From IMG/VR virus record IMGVR_UViG_3300032326_000865, positions 5,406 to 69,405 of that record: a DNA stretch of 64,000 nucleotides; one strand, written 5' to 3'. Origin of the DNA: a virus. The notes under the pieces are model-generated. The model had not been told where the DNA came from. It saw nothing but the letters and a program-made list of their open reading frames with translations, and did not search any database. Position 1 is the first letter of the stretch, and every line of letters begins with the position of its first letter. Positions 26,946-37,110 of the stretch are shown piece by piece. The translations under genes were made by a program, and so were the position numbers.

Positions 26946-27377
26946 ATGTCTTTCCTAACGAAAACCGAAAATACGACCGCTTCTCTCGCAGCCAGCATCA
27001 ACAAGATCGCTGGCAACCTATCCGTGGCGATCAAGTCAGCGAACACCCTTGCTTTGGAACTGCTCGCCCTAAGCAATGCGGATCTGTGCGAATGGCTAAA
27101 TTCAAAACCAATCGAAACAAGAATGTCCGAGTTTGCCTCGCATGGCTTGATCGGCCAACGCCTAAACGACACTGCGGAGCAGCTTGAGAAATTTAGTTCG
27201 ATGCCGTTGGGTCGCGTTGACACTAGATCATTCCATGAAAAACTGGCAAGCCAGAAACGCGAGCTGACGATTACTGAATCTGGTTTTTCTATTACTGACT
27301 ACCCGGCTCTTGAACCGGAACCCATTAACGAAGAGTTAATTGCTCAAGAGCCTGAGCTAGATACCCCAGAGCTTTGA
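26946..27377 (+). CDS. Hypothetical protein, possible fibre chaperone
   Basis: Directly after the fibre gene. Confidence 0.6.
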   Translation: MSFLTKTENTTASLAASINKIAGNLSVAIKSANTLALELLALSNADLCEWLNSKPIETRMSEFASHGLIGQRLNDTAEQLEKFSSMPLGRVDTRSFHEKLASQKRELTITESGFSITDYPALEPEPINEELIAQEPELDTPEL

Positions 27378-27392
27378 TTACTAAATAAAACA

Positions 27393-27590
27393 ATGAACAT
27401 CCCTACAGAATACGTACTGGCTTCATTTAGTGGGCTTACTGCCGTTATTTCGGTTTTGGCATCCATTATTTACAAGGCTCTTTCTTCCGAGATTAGATCG
27501 CTGCGAGGAATCGTTAATAATCTTCAAGAGGATGTTGATCGACTTTCAAAAGGTTGCGGGATGCAGGCTTGTATTTGGAAACTAAAATAA
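27393..27590 (+). CDS. Putative holin (one TM plus coiled coil)
   Basis: 65 aa, upstream of the endolysin. Confidence 0.5.
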   Translation: MNIPTEYVLASFSGLTAVISVLASIIYKALSSEIRSLRGIVNNLQEDVDRLSKGCGMQACIWKLK

Positions 27591-27970
27591 TGAATGCATT
27601 CCCAGACGAATTGCTATTTTCCAATTACAGGGTGGAAAACGACAGTATGATCGTTACCATCAAGGACAATTTCCGTTATTTCTCCAAGAAGCATGGATTA
27701 ATTACAGTTCCATCTGGATTCGTTTCAGATGGAGCAAGCGTTCCTAGGGTTTTTTGGTCAATATTCCCTCCATTTGGCAAGTATTTCAAAGCTGCAATTA
27801 TTCACGATTACCTTTACAGCTCTGAAAACAATGCTTTTAACAGGGCTAAATCTGACTACATTTTTCTTGAGGCGATGAAAGAGACTAACGTTTCTTTTAT
27901 TATTCGCTATGTAATTTATAATGCTGTGAGAATTGGTGGAGGCATCCACTTTAAAGGACAAATCAAATAA
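27590..27970 (+). CDS. DUF1353 family protein
   Basis: VPSGFVSDGASVPR...AAIIHDYLY. Confidence 0.85.
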   Translation: MNAFPDELLFSNYRVENDSMIVTIKDNFRYFSKKHGLITVPSGFVSDGASVPRVFWSIFPPFGKYFKAAIIHDYLYSSENNAFNRAKSDYIFLEAMKETNVSFIIRYVIYNAVRIGGGIHFKGQIK

Positions 27971-27974
27971 GATT

Positions 27975-28451
27975 ATGTATACTAAAAGAACATTAGAGAA
28001 CCTTTCTGGCCTCAATGAAAAGTTTAGAGTCAAGGCTGAGGCATTCCTCGCTGCTGCTCAACCTATTCTTGCTAAGCACGGCGTGACGGCTGAAGTGCTG
28101 TCAGGCCTTCGGTCTTGGCAGCAGCAATCAGCCCTTTACGCTCAAGGCAGAACCAGACCCGGCAACATTGTCACTAAAGCACGGCCCGGTCTCAGCTGGC
28201 ACAATTACGGCCTAGCAATTGATCTTGGACTGTTTGCTGGAGGCAAATACCTTGATGATGTTACTCCTGCTCGGGCTCAGAGGATCTATAAGGAACTAGG
28301 AGCACTTGCAGCCACTATGGGTATGGAATGGGCTGGTAATTGGAAGAGTTTCCCTGAAGGCCCTCACTTTCAATGGACTGCCGGATTCACCATCACCCAG
28401 CTCCGCGCCAAAATGGAAAAGAACGGATACAATGTTCAGCTTCTCATTTAA
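27975..28451 (+). CDS. Endolysin, M15 family peptidase
   Basis: GLRS..QQ..LYAQGR, SWHNYGLAID, EGPHFQ. Confidence 0.9.
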   Translation: MYTKRTLENLSGLNEKFRVKAEAFLAAAQPILAKHGVTAEVLSGLRSWQQQSALYAQGRTRPGNIVTKARPGLSWHNYGLAIDLGLFAGGKYLDDVTPARAQRIYKELGALAATMGMEWAGNWKSFPEGPHFQWTAGFTITQLRAKMEKNGYNVQLLI

Positions 28452-28526
28452 GGCCTTGAGGGGCAGCTGATTAAAGGTTAATAACCGCAGCCTTTCCGGT
28501 AGTAAGCAGAAATAAAAAACTCAGTC

Positions 28527-29780
28527 ATGGCCATTTCCAATCCATCCCCAGAAAGATTTCCAGTAATTAGCTTTGTCGGAGCTGGTGCTGATCTTGTCTT
28601 TTGGGAGAAGGTTGATATGAAATTGCAGCGCGTTAAGAATGCTGTAATCGGCGATCCTCATTGGGACACCAAGAATTATCCTCATCATAGGCTTGTTTAC
28701 AAGACCCCTCACGATAGAGACGGGGATTGGCACAAGTACTTCTATGCCGCTGATCGGCAGAATCAAGATGACTACAATTTTGAGTTCTCTGCCGGTCAGC
28801 AGCTTGTTCGCTCTTACGTTATTCCAAGGGACAAATATTTCGCCAGAAATGCAACGGAAGCCGCTGCGGCTGTTCCATTGGTTGAAGATGAATTCATTGT
28901 TCCTCCGGTTGCCACATTGGATTCCCGTTTCAGTAAATTTGGTTTTGCTGATGACACTCTTGATCGAACTGAGACCGAACTCGATTTCATTTACGTTGTC
29001 GTCAGGAGGCGTTTCATTGAGCCTGTAACCTCTGATGTCGTCTTTAATGACGAACTGGATACCAATGTCACAATCACAAAAGAACTCGTCCCCAAGGGCA
29101 CTACAGCGCCAACACCGGTCGCTGGTCAATTGGTTGAGATTCGAAATGGAAACGTATTCCATGACGTAAAGATTACGCAATCCGTTGCGAGCACCACGAA
29201 TCGAACGCTCCCAAGTATTCCGGCATTCATTAATTTCAATTTCCCATCCAGACTTGATTCAGTGAATATCAGGTATGTTTCAGTTTACGCTGACAGCACT
29301 GAAGCTGCCCCCTCTTACAACGAGGATTATTACTTTGAATACAAGATCACTGAACCTAAGCCCGGCCCTTATCCCGCTATTGTTGAAAGGATTATTACAG
29401 CTAATCCGAATAGCGTTATTTCCGGTTTGAGTCTTGGCACACTTCCCGTCCCAAGAAGGGAGACCGTTGGTATTGTATATTACTGGTGGACTGCTGGGGT
29501 TAAAGGAAACCAAACTCAAGCTGTCGCTAGAGAAATTGAAATTCCATCCACGATTCATGGGGAAATCAACATTACCGTCAATGGAAGCACACCGGGAGGT
29601 TTGACTCCTGCTTTTGCGGGAAGATTGAACACCACTACACTCAACGCAACCAATGGTCACACATTGCTAAATGGGTTGGTGAATGCTCCTGTTAATGCTG
29701 ATGTCAGGAAACTTCCACTTGGGCTATACGAAGTCAGGATTACCAAATTGAACGTCACTGGTATTTATGGCACTCCCTGA
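28527..29780 (+). CDS. Putative tail structural protein
   Basis: 417-aa beta-rich ORF in the late block. Confidence 0.65.
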   Translation: MAISNPSPERFPVISFVGAGADLVFWEKVDMKLQRVKNAVIGDPHWDTKNYPHHRLVYKTPHDRDGDWHKYFYAADRQNQDDYNFEFSAGQQLVRSYVIPRDKYFARNATEAAAAVPLVEDEFIVPPVATLDSRFSKFGFADDTLDRTETELDFIYVVVRRRFIEPVTSDVVFNDELDTNVTITKELVPKGTTAPTPVAGQLVEIRNGNVFHDVKITQSVASTTNRTLPSIPAFINFNFPSRLDSVNIRYVSVYADSTEAAPSYNEDYYFEYKITEPKPGPYPAIVERIITANPNSVISGLSLGTLPVPRRETVGIVYYWWTAGVKGNQTQAVAREIEIPSTIHGEINITVNGSTPGGLTPAFAGRLNTTTLNATNGHTLLNGLVNAPVNADVRKLPLGLYEVRITKLNVTGIYGTP

Positions 29781-30957
29781 AGAACAAAATAATGGCAGAA
29801 TCCTCAAGGATTATGTGCCCACGGAACGCGTAGTTCAAAGTAACTACAGCACTCCAGATCCTGCTTATCCATCTCCGACTCCAAATGTAACCCCATTTAG
29901 CCCAGCTAAAGAACCGGCTCAAACATATCCAAGGGATGGCAATAAAAGCAAGAATGATAAGCCATGGAAGCCTTACGCTTTTGCTCTTGAAAAGCATCCT
30001 GAATCAACCGGAAAGTGCAGGGTTTATCACGGTAGATTGATTTCCCATGTAAACCCAATGAACTTCAACGTCGAAGGTGGCGGAAGTTCAAGTGGCGGCT
30101 CTGGCGGAATTGCTCGATACATTGACCAGACTGGCCTTTTCAAGCCGGGTGTCACCTCACCAGATCAATTCATCGGAGAAACCGGCTCTCAATTTAAAAC
30201 GGTTGATCTTGATTGGTCTGGAAATGTTTACCTTTATTGGGAAACAGATTCAATCGGTTACATCACAAAGTGTGAATTAAAGGGTCCAGAGGAACCTCCA
30301 TTCATTCCACTTCCATTGGCTGACGGAAATACCGTTGGTAAATTCTGGATTAAAATTGGGAATGTCCCTGCTGGCGATGGCGAGATTTCCCAAGAGGTAA
30401 GCAGTGATGTTTACTGGTATGGAGCATTCATCAGAACTGAAAATGGATCTGATTCTTCTAGTGCTGGCAGTGACTCTAGCGATTCGCAGTCGGATAGTTC
30501 GGTTAGTTCCGGCTCCGACCAGTCTGCTTCTTCTGATTCTGGTTCTGATAAATCTACTGCCATTGTGCCAATGCCTTGGCACACCAAAGGATATGGCGCT
30601 TTGTTCACAATGGAAAGCAACGAAGTTCTTTTTGACTTCGTGATGAGAGACATCAAAATTACAGGAAGGGAAACTTATGTGAAAATTGATTCCCGTTTCC
30701 TTTATGTGTGCGAACCAAACAGTATTGCTGTCACTGGAGCCCCTTGCGGGCCAGAACCATACCCTGTTGGTGCTTCCATTGAAGGGAACGTCCTTAAGCT
30801 TTCTGCTTACGCTAGAAAAGACCGCAGACCTAGTAAGGTGAGTCTCAAGCTTACTGGAATCCGTCGCGGCTTTGCTGGATATGACATGCCTGAACGTAGT
30901 AGAGCGCAGTTTGATGCTAACGAGAAATTCCTGAACTCTGCATACCCAGCTGAATGA
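29767..30957 (+). CDS. Putative tail protein with an S/D-rich linker
   Basis: SDSSSAGSDSSDSQSDSS linker; C-terminal AIVP..YGALFTMESNEVLF domain of the type seen on fibres. Confidence 0.65.
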   Translation: MALPEEQNNGRILKDYVPTERVVQSNYSTPDPAYPSPTPNVTPFSPAKEPAQTYPRDGNKSKNDKPWKPYAFALEKHPESTGKCRVYHGRLISHVNPMNFNVEGGGSSSGGSGGIARYIDQTGLFKPGVTSPDQFIGETGSQFKTVDLDWSGNVYLYWETDSIGYITKCELKGPEEPPFIPLPLADGNTVGKFWIKIGNVPAGDGEISQEVSSDVYWYGAFIRTENGSDSSSAGSDSSDSQSDSSVSSGSDQSASSDSGSDKSTAIVPMPWHTKGYGALFTMESNEVLFDFVMRDIKITGRETYVKIDSRFLYVCEPNSIAVTGAPCGPEPYPVGASIEGNVLKLSAYARKDRRPSKVSLKLTGIRRGFAGYDMPERSRAQFDANEKFLNSAYPAE

Positions 30958-31322
30958 GCAACGGAAGCGCCAAATCCTCAGGCTCGGTTAGCGAATCACT
31001 GTCGAGCAGTTCATCGAATGGTGATTCTTCTTCGAGTCCTTTTTGTGACTACGAGTATAGCATTCTTACTGACGTCCAATATGGAGATCCTTATTTTGGA
31101 GGAAGTGTAAACATTTTCTTCAAAAACACTGGATCTATCCCCATTCAAATTACGGGAGCATCAGGCACATTTGTCCCTCTTGATGTGTCCACTGGTGTTC
31201 CCTTGAATGTTAATCCGGGACAAGAAATAACGTTTACCGTCGGATCGCTTAGCGAGGATGCTGATATGGGCAGTGCAGGATTTACTATTTACACGACATG
31301 CGGAAATTTTGGACCCGCTTAA
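30954..31322 (+). CDS. Ser-rich N-terminus plus small Ig-like domain
   Basis: SSSSSNGDSSSS; KNTGSIPIQIT...VNPGQ. Confidence 0.6.
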   Translation: MSNGSAKSSGSVSESLSSSSSNGDSSSSPFCDYEYSILTDVQYGDPYFGGSVNIFFKNTGSIPIQITGASGTFVPLDVSTGVPLNVNPGQEITFTVGSLSEDADMGSAGFTIYTTCGNFGPA

Positions 31323-31331
31323 TTTTTCGGT

Positions 31332-32054
31332 ATGATTGACCTTAGAGACTATTTTGGAGCTGCTTATGTTTTGAATCTGGATATTAGACCGGATCGTTGG
31401 AATGCATTTCAGTCTCGTGCAAAGGCTGCTGGCATTACTGGATTCCAAAGATACAGAGCAATTGAAGGCGCGAAATGTCCAGCTCCTGCTTGGTGGAAGG
31501 CCGGTAATGGTGCTTGGGGTTGCCTGATGAGCCACTTGCGGGTTTCTCAGGATTGCTTATTGGATGACTTATCGAGCTACCTTGTATTTGAGGACGATGT
31601 TATTTTCTCAAATGATTTTGCTGATAGACTTCCAAAAATTATGGATCAGCTCAAAGATTCCAAATGGGATCAATTGTATTTGGGTGGTCAGCATCTATGG
31701 AAGGAAGCTAGTCCTCCTTGGCCTTATAGGGATGGATTGATTAGATGCAGAAACGTAAACAGAACCCATGCGTTTGCTGTGAGTAGTAAATTCATGAAAA
31801 AGTTCTCCCAGCATATTATTCATGCACCGGATTACATTGAGGCCTATTCAGGTTGCTCTCATTCCTGTGGGTGCGATAAGAAATCACCATTTGCAATGCA
31901 TATCGACCATCAATTAGGAAAGCTTCACGAGCTTAACCAATATTGCATTGTCGCGGCTGAACCTTGGATTTGCGGTCAAGCTGCCAGCAGTTCAAATATT
32001 TCAGGTCGCCAAACCCAAGAAAACTGGTGGAACTCAAAAGGCTGGAACGAATGA
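31332..32054 (+). CDS. Glycosyltransferase, GT25-like
   Basis: YVLNLDIRPDRW, GCLMSH, LVFEDD, LYLG, THAFAV. Confidence 0.85.
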   Translation: MIDLRDYFGAAYVLNLDIRPDRWNAFQSRAKAAGITGFQRYRAIEGAKCPAPAWWKAGNGAWGCLMSHLRVSQDCLLDDLSSYLVFEDDVIFSNDFADRLPKIMDQLKDSKWDQLYLGGQHLWKEASPPWPYRDGLIRCRNVNRTHAFAVSSKFMKKFSQHIIHAPDYIEAYSGCSHSCGCDKKSPFAMHIDHQLGKLHELNQYCIVAAEPWICGQAASSSNISGRQTQENWWNSKGWNE

Positions 32055-33292
32055 AAGGTTGCGTATCAATAAGCCTATATGGTCAAGCTTCCAAGTATTC
32101 ATTTGGAGCTATAGAGAATGCAAAATTAATGCCGGAAATATACCCGGAATGGACTCTTATTGTTCACGCTGAAAGAGGGCATTACGCAATTCCGATGCTT
32201 AAAAATTTAGGCGCTGAAGTAATCGAAATGGATCAGCTTCCGGGATCTGGCGGGACTTTTTGGAGGTTTCTTCCAGTAGAATGGAGTGATCGTTTTACCC
32301 ATGTAATTATCAGAGATGCTGACTCAAGAATAAACTTCAGAGAAAAGGCCTGCACTGACGCATGGATTAAAAGCGACAAGGATCTTCATTTGATTCGCGA
32401 TCATCCAGCTCATGAAAGAATTGCTATTCTTGGTGGTGCTTGGGGAGTTAAAACAGGCATCATTTCGATCAAGGATCTAATTTCTAATTGGCATCATAAT
32501 TACCATTATGGAGATGACGAAAGATTTCTAGCAGAAAAAATCTGGCCATTATTTAATCAAGGTTCTTTTCTAAGGCATTGTTATCGAGTCAATTCTACTG
32601 ATGATACAGAATTTCCCGATCATAAACCATATGAGGGCTTCGTTGGTGAGCGTATTGAACCCAAATTCAATGAAGATTTCACGGCAATTGTCTTGAGTCC
32701 CGAGAAATACAAAAACCGAAGAAATAGGTTTTTTGAATCACTAGATAAAAATGGAGGGTTCTTAAAAGGCAAAGTTAAATGGTGGAAAGGCACGACGGTT
32801 CTTGATCGTGTTATTCCAAGTCATGCGAATCAAGCCTGCAAGTTCCCTCATTATTATTTAGCCAGTCAAGATCACATTGATATTATCGAGCGTAATATTC
32901 TCGATAAAACGAATCTTCTTTTTGTTTTTGAGGACGATGTAATTTTTCGAGAAGATTTTGTGGAGTATTTTTTGAGAATGTGGATTTCTCTTCCCGATGG
33001 ATGGATGGCCGCAATGCTTGGTGGACAACCTCAAACTGACCTAGCAAGAGCTTACGTTTCACCAGAAACAGCTCAAACATTAGCCTCCGTGCATGGATGT
33101 TTAGGAATGCACGGTGTGATTTGGAATCAACGCGGGATGTCTAAAGCTTTTGATTATTTTACCATGCATAATTCAATGACCATTGACCAAGTGTTCAAGG
33201 ATCTTCAAAAACAAGAAAAAGGATTCTATGCGCCAGCTAGGTGGATTGTAGAAATTGACAATAAAGCAATTCAATATGGGCAAGACAATTAA
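32051..33292 (+). CDS. Two-domain glycosyltransferase (GT-A-like plus GT25-like)
   Basis: SLYG..KY..GAIEN, WRFLP, RDADSR, IRDHPAH; C-terminal FVFEDDVIF. Confidence 0.8.
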   Translation: MKGCVSISLYGQASKYSFGAIENAKLMPEIYPEWTLIVHAERGHYAIPMLKNLGAEVIEMDQLPGSGGTFWRFLPVEWSDRFTHVIIRDADSRINFREKACTDAWIKSDKDLHLIRDHPAHERIAILGGAWGVKTGIISIKDLISNWHHNYHYGDDERFLAEKIWPLFNQGSFLRHCYRVNSTDDTEFPDHKPYEGFVGERIEPKFNEDFTAIVLSPEKYKNRRNRFFESLDKNGGFLKGKVKWWKGTTVLDRVIPSHANQACKFPHYYLASQDHIDIIERNILDKTNLLFVFEDDVIFREDFVEYFLRMWISLPDGWMAAMLGGQPQTDLARAYVSPETAQTLASVHGCLGMHGVIWNQRGMSKAFDYFTMHNSMTIDQVFKDLQKQEKGFYAPARWIVEIDNKAIQYGQDN

Positions 33293-33370
33293 ATTGCTTA
33301 GGCTTATTCATTTGATTCCCGTTTTAGTGGCTTGAGTTTTAAAGCAAAATAAAACACATTTACTCCTGAG

Positions 33371-34312
33371 ATGCCGACATTAATGACTTACTCTGATGCC
33401 TGTTCACGATTTGCCAATCTGGCAAGTACGGGCATTTCCATTGCGGACGCTGTGCTGGAAGCAGTAGAGCGCATTTATGAAATGGGTCGATTCCCAGGAA
33501 CCACCGCTGAGGTTGTCTTGGAAGAAGATGATTTTATTTTTGATTCAGACGTAAATGCTCATTTTGTTTACCTCGATGATTCCACTTACGATGGAGCCAT
33601 TGGTTTCCGATCTGACACTAGAGGCTGGGGTATTGTCGATCAAGCTGTCCTTTACAAGGATGGCGTCAATGCTGGAGACCTTGATTTTGTGGATTATGGT
33701 TCATTGATTTACGGAAGGGAAAGTTACTCTGTTACTGGTCAGATTGGCGGTCCAAGTGGTCCGGTTGAATTTGGCGAATTTATTTACTTTCTGACAGAGG
33801 GAGGAAGGGATATTTTCAAAGATCAAATTACTAGTGTCATGCATAACCAGCTCAGTTATGGAGCTGGGTCTGGCCAGTGGATGCTTACGTATGCCCCGGA
33901 TGATATTTTTTGGTACAACGAATCCGACTCTATTGAACCTCCGATTAATGGATGGCAACCAGAGGGTGAGTCTCCCACTGGAACTCCTCAATTGATTAAG
34001 AATATTCCTTACAGAAGGAAATACAGAGCACCAATGGGCTTTAGCCCGGCTAATGGCCCGTATTATGCACTGATGAAGCTTGAGTGTCCTGAAATGAATG
34101 ACAATACCATCATTCAGGTACCAACTGGACCGCTCAAATCAGCCGTCCTTGCTGTTTGCCAAGAATACGTGGGAGACGATGAAAGAGCTCTTCTAAATTG
34201 GCAGAAATTCGATCAATTCATGACCCGATCTGAACGTCAAACTCATGGACCTAAGAAGATGTTCATTAGCTTTGACTCTTCCCTTCGCAGAAGACCAACC
34301 CAATTCATGTAA
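33371..34312 (+). CDS. Putative head-tail adaptor or tail tubular protein
   Basis: Helical termini with beta-rich middle; precedes internal virion genes. Confidence 0.5.
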   Translation: MPTLMTYSDACSRFANLASTGISIADAVLEAVERIYEMGRFPGTTAEVVLEEDDFIFDSDVNAHFVYLDDSTYDGAIGFRSDTRGWGIVDQAVLYKDGVNAGDLDFVDYGSLIYGRESYSVTGQIGGPSGPVEFGEFIYFLTEGGRDIFKDQITSVMHNQLSYGAGSGQWMLTYAPDDIFWYNESDSIEPPINGWQPEGESPTGTPQLIKNIPYRRKYRAPMGFSPANGPYYALMKLECPEMNDNTIIQVPTGPLKSAVLAVCQEYVGDDERALLNWQKFDQFMTRSERQTHGPKKMFISFDSSLRRRPTQFM

Positions 34313-35721
34313 TGGCTACTGAAGAAAAAGATTACACGGAAGCACCTACAAGCAGACTTGGAGCTAACACTGTTTCTGCAAGCAGGGCTTTGGACGCTCA
34401 GAGGCGTGCAAATAGCGCTCAGCGTCAAGGCATGGCCCTTGAGCGCACCATGCAGCGCAAATACCGTAGAGCTGTAAGGAATAACGACCTCCAAGCCATT
34501 TCCACTTATGGCGGTCAATTGGACAAAATGCAAATCTCCAAGTTTGGAGGTGGAGGCATTCAGAGTGCGGAAGAGAATGACCTTCAGGCTGCTCGTCGTG
34601 CTGAGAGAGCAAGGGAGATTGGCAATCAGGTCGGCGAAGAAACTGACAGGCTTACTGGCAAAAATAAAACCATTGGAGACAATGGTACAAACAGGACAGA
34701 TTCTGTCGCAGGAGCTCCAGATGGAGATACCGGAACGAAAACGATGAAAAAAAAGGAAGCCAATCCCCAAGCAGAGTCAGATGCTTTGGCAAGTGATGCC
34801 GCTAAAGAAAGGCAAAAGATTTTTGGTGTCTCCTTTAAGGATCGTGCAAATCAATTTTTTTCAGACTTAGAAAATAGCAAATCAATCAAAAGAGGCGACC
34901 CTAAAGCCATTGGGGCAGCCGCCGAAGCTGGTAAGAAATTTGGAATCACTAGAGATCAAATTGAGGCTTTTAGTCAGGGCCTGCCTCCAAGTAAGAAGGC
35001 CATTAGAGAAAGAAGTATTGAAAAAGAAAACCTTCAGAAGTCACAAGCTGCGATTGCAGCTGAAAAAGATGAAATTGATGCCAATGAAAAAACAAAACAG
35101 TTATCAGAAAAGCTCAAGGGTGTGAAGGATGCATTCTTAAAGGATGATGAATTAGGGGACGAGCATCTTTTAAGATTCCGTAATCTGGAAGAACGGTTGA
35201 AAGCCGCTGAAGACCAAAAATCTATTTTAAACCAAGTAAAGCAAAGCAGAGATGAAACAGATCGGCTATTAGCAAGAAGGATTCGCTTAAAGGAAGAAAT
35301 AGAAGGCGACCTTAAAGAAGCGAATAGGCAGATCGATTTGTGGACTGCCCCAGAAGACGAGGTTCTCAATAAAAAGAAATACATAGGTATAACTAACGTT
35401 CCATATGAGCCGGATCCGAGATCAAAAGCTTACGAATTAAGGAAAAATGTCATCAATGATTTTGATGGCTCCAAAATTAATGTTTACAATAAACAAGAGG
35501 GCAGAACATGGGAAATAGATGAAAATGCAACCAGAATAGCTAGAAGAGATGCACTTCAATCCCGCATGATTGAAAAAGCCATTTCTAATAATGTTGATAT
35601 TTCTGGATTTGCTAATCTTGATCCTGATTTTAAAATCAAATACGAAAAAGCACTCGGTGAAAAAAAGGAAATTGAAGAAGAAAAAAAAGCAGCGGACTTA
35701 TTTGCATCCGTTGGATCTTAA
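34312..35721 (+). CDS. Putative internal virion (ejection) protein
   Basis: 469 aa, charged and helical, podovirus-like synteny. Confidence 0.6.
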   Translation: MATEEKDYTEAPTSRLGANTVSASRALDAQRRANSAQRQGMALERTMQRKYRRAVRNNDLQAISTYGGQLDKMQISKFGGGGIQSAEENDLQAARRAERAREIGNQVGEETDRLTGKNKTIGDNGTNRTDSVAGAPDGDTGTKTMKKKEANPQAESDALASDAAKERQKIFGVSFKDRANQFFSDLENSKSIKRGDPKAIGAAAEAGKKFGITRDQIEAFSQGLPPSKKAIRERSIEKENLQKSQAAIAAEKDEIDANEKTKQLSEKLKGVKDAFLKDDELGDEHLLRFRNLEERLKAAEDQKSILNQVKQSRDETDRLLARRIRLKEEIEGDLKEANRQIDLWTAPEDEVLNKKKYIGITNVPYEPDPRSKAYELRKNVINDFDGSKINVYNKQEGRTWEIDENATRIARRDALQSRMIEKAISNNVDISGFANLDPDFKIKYEKALGEKKEIEEEKKAADLFASVGS

Positions 35722-35736
35722 TTAATACCAACTCAA

Positions 35737-37104
35737 ATGCCATCATACAATATTGACGCCTACTCCGCTGGAAGTGCCGACATGGCAATGCTTCCAGAGA
35801 CTGTTCAACTTGGTCAACTTCAAGCAATGCGCCAAGGCGTAGAGCGTGGGGATTTTGATCTTCGAAGAATGGAACGTGAAGAACAAGCAGTCTTCAAGGA
35901 AGCTGATGAATATGGTCAATACCAAGAATTGATGTCTGAAGCTTCAAAGAAGAGTCCCGTTGAAAGAGCTGAAATGGTTAAAAGCGCTTTTCAGCAAAAC
36001 GCTTCTTGGGGAGCAAACGAGAAAATCAATAAGAGTCTTTCGACTATTCAGAATACAGAAAGAAACGTTCTGCAATCCAAAATGGACGAAAGTCAATCTT
36101 TCAAGCTTGATGTCGAAAGCGAGAATAGAGATGCCGTAAGGGAGACTGCTAGGATTGGTGCTCAGAATGGACTCAAAGCTGCAAGGCAAGCGGAAGCCAA
36201 TTTCAAGAATCTGGCAGACAGCAATCAATTGCAGGATCTCGGTCAATTTGGAACGTATCTCGGTTCGGTTGGGAACGTGATCCCAATGGAAACCAAGAAG
36301 CGTTTGATTGAGGTTGGAAATTCGATTTCTGCTGATCCTTCCTCTAGTGCTCTTTTTCGAGGATTGGGTTCTGTTGTTTCCGGTTTCTCTAAATCAGAAA
36401 GCCTTCTCTCTACTTATGCTTCCGAGCTCTCCGAATTTAAGCCGCTTCTGAGTGCCGTAGAAAAAGACGGATTCAATTTGGATTTCACTTTGCCAGAAGA
36501 TGAATTTAAAAGGCGATACGAAGCTGCGACTGCTTTTTATGGGGCCCCTAGAAACATCTCAAGTGATGAAGATAGAGCTATTGCGAGTCAACTTGCTAAG
36601 GTTGGAGCAATGGCAAATAAAGCCAATGCTCTGTATTCTCAGGTTTCTCGATTTAAGGGAGGTATGGACGAGGATCTTCAGAAGCTGGACGCCAAAGATC
36701 CAGATGCCGTTAAGGTTTTTGTCAATCAATGGAACATGATGGCAGGACAATTGTCCGGTGCTGTTGATCGTGAAATTGGCAGAAAGGAAAACAGCTATGC
36801 GCAGCAAGACCGAGAAATGCAAATGCGCAAAAGAGTTCTTGAACTTCAAGCGCTCCAAGGTAAACCTGCTGCCGAAGCAGAGAAATCCAGAATTGCTAGA
36901 GAAAAACTGGAGCTTTCTAAAAGCTTGAGAGATATGGGCGAAGAAAAGGCTCGTTTTGAAGTTCTCAAGTTCTTGAGGGAAGCGCCGGAAAACAGATCTA
37001 AAAGCATTGATGAATTGATCGAAGAAGGAAATAAGCTTTATGATGATCTCATGGGTAGTAGCCCGCTTGGATCTAGCAGTGGTGTTAGTTTGATCAAAAG
37101 ATAA
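35737..37104 (+). CDS. Putative internal virion (ejection) protein
   Basis: 455 aa, helical, before the giant gene. Confidence 0.6.
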   Translation: MPSYNIDAYSAGSADMAMLPETVQLGQLQAMRQGVERGDFDLRRMEREEQAVFKEADEYGQYQELMSEASKKSPVERAEMVKSAFQQNASWGANEKINKSLSTIQNTERNVLQSKMDESQSFKLDVESENRDAVRETARIGAQNGLKAARQAEANFKNLADSNQLQDLGQFGTYLGSVGNVIPMETKKRLIEVGNSISADPSSSALFRGLGSVVSGFSKSESLLSTYASELSEFKPLLSAVEKDGFNLDFTLPEDEFKRRYEAATAFYGAPRNISSDEDRAIASQLAKVGAMANKANALYSQVSRFKGGMDEDLQKLDAKDPDAVKVFVNQWNMMAGQLSGAVDREIGRKENSYAQQDREMQMRKRVLELQALQGKPAAEAEKSRIAREKLELSKSLRDMGEEKARFEVLKFLREAPENRSKSIDELIEEGNKLYDDLMGSSPLGSSSGVSLIKR

Positions 37105-37110
37105 TTTATT

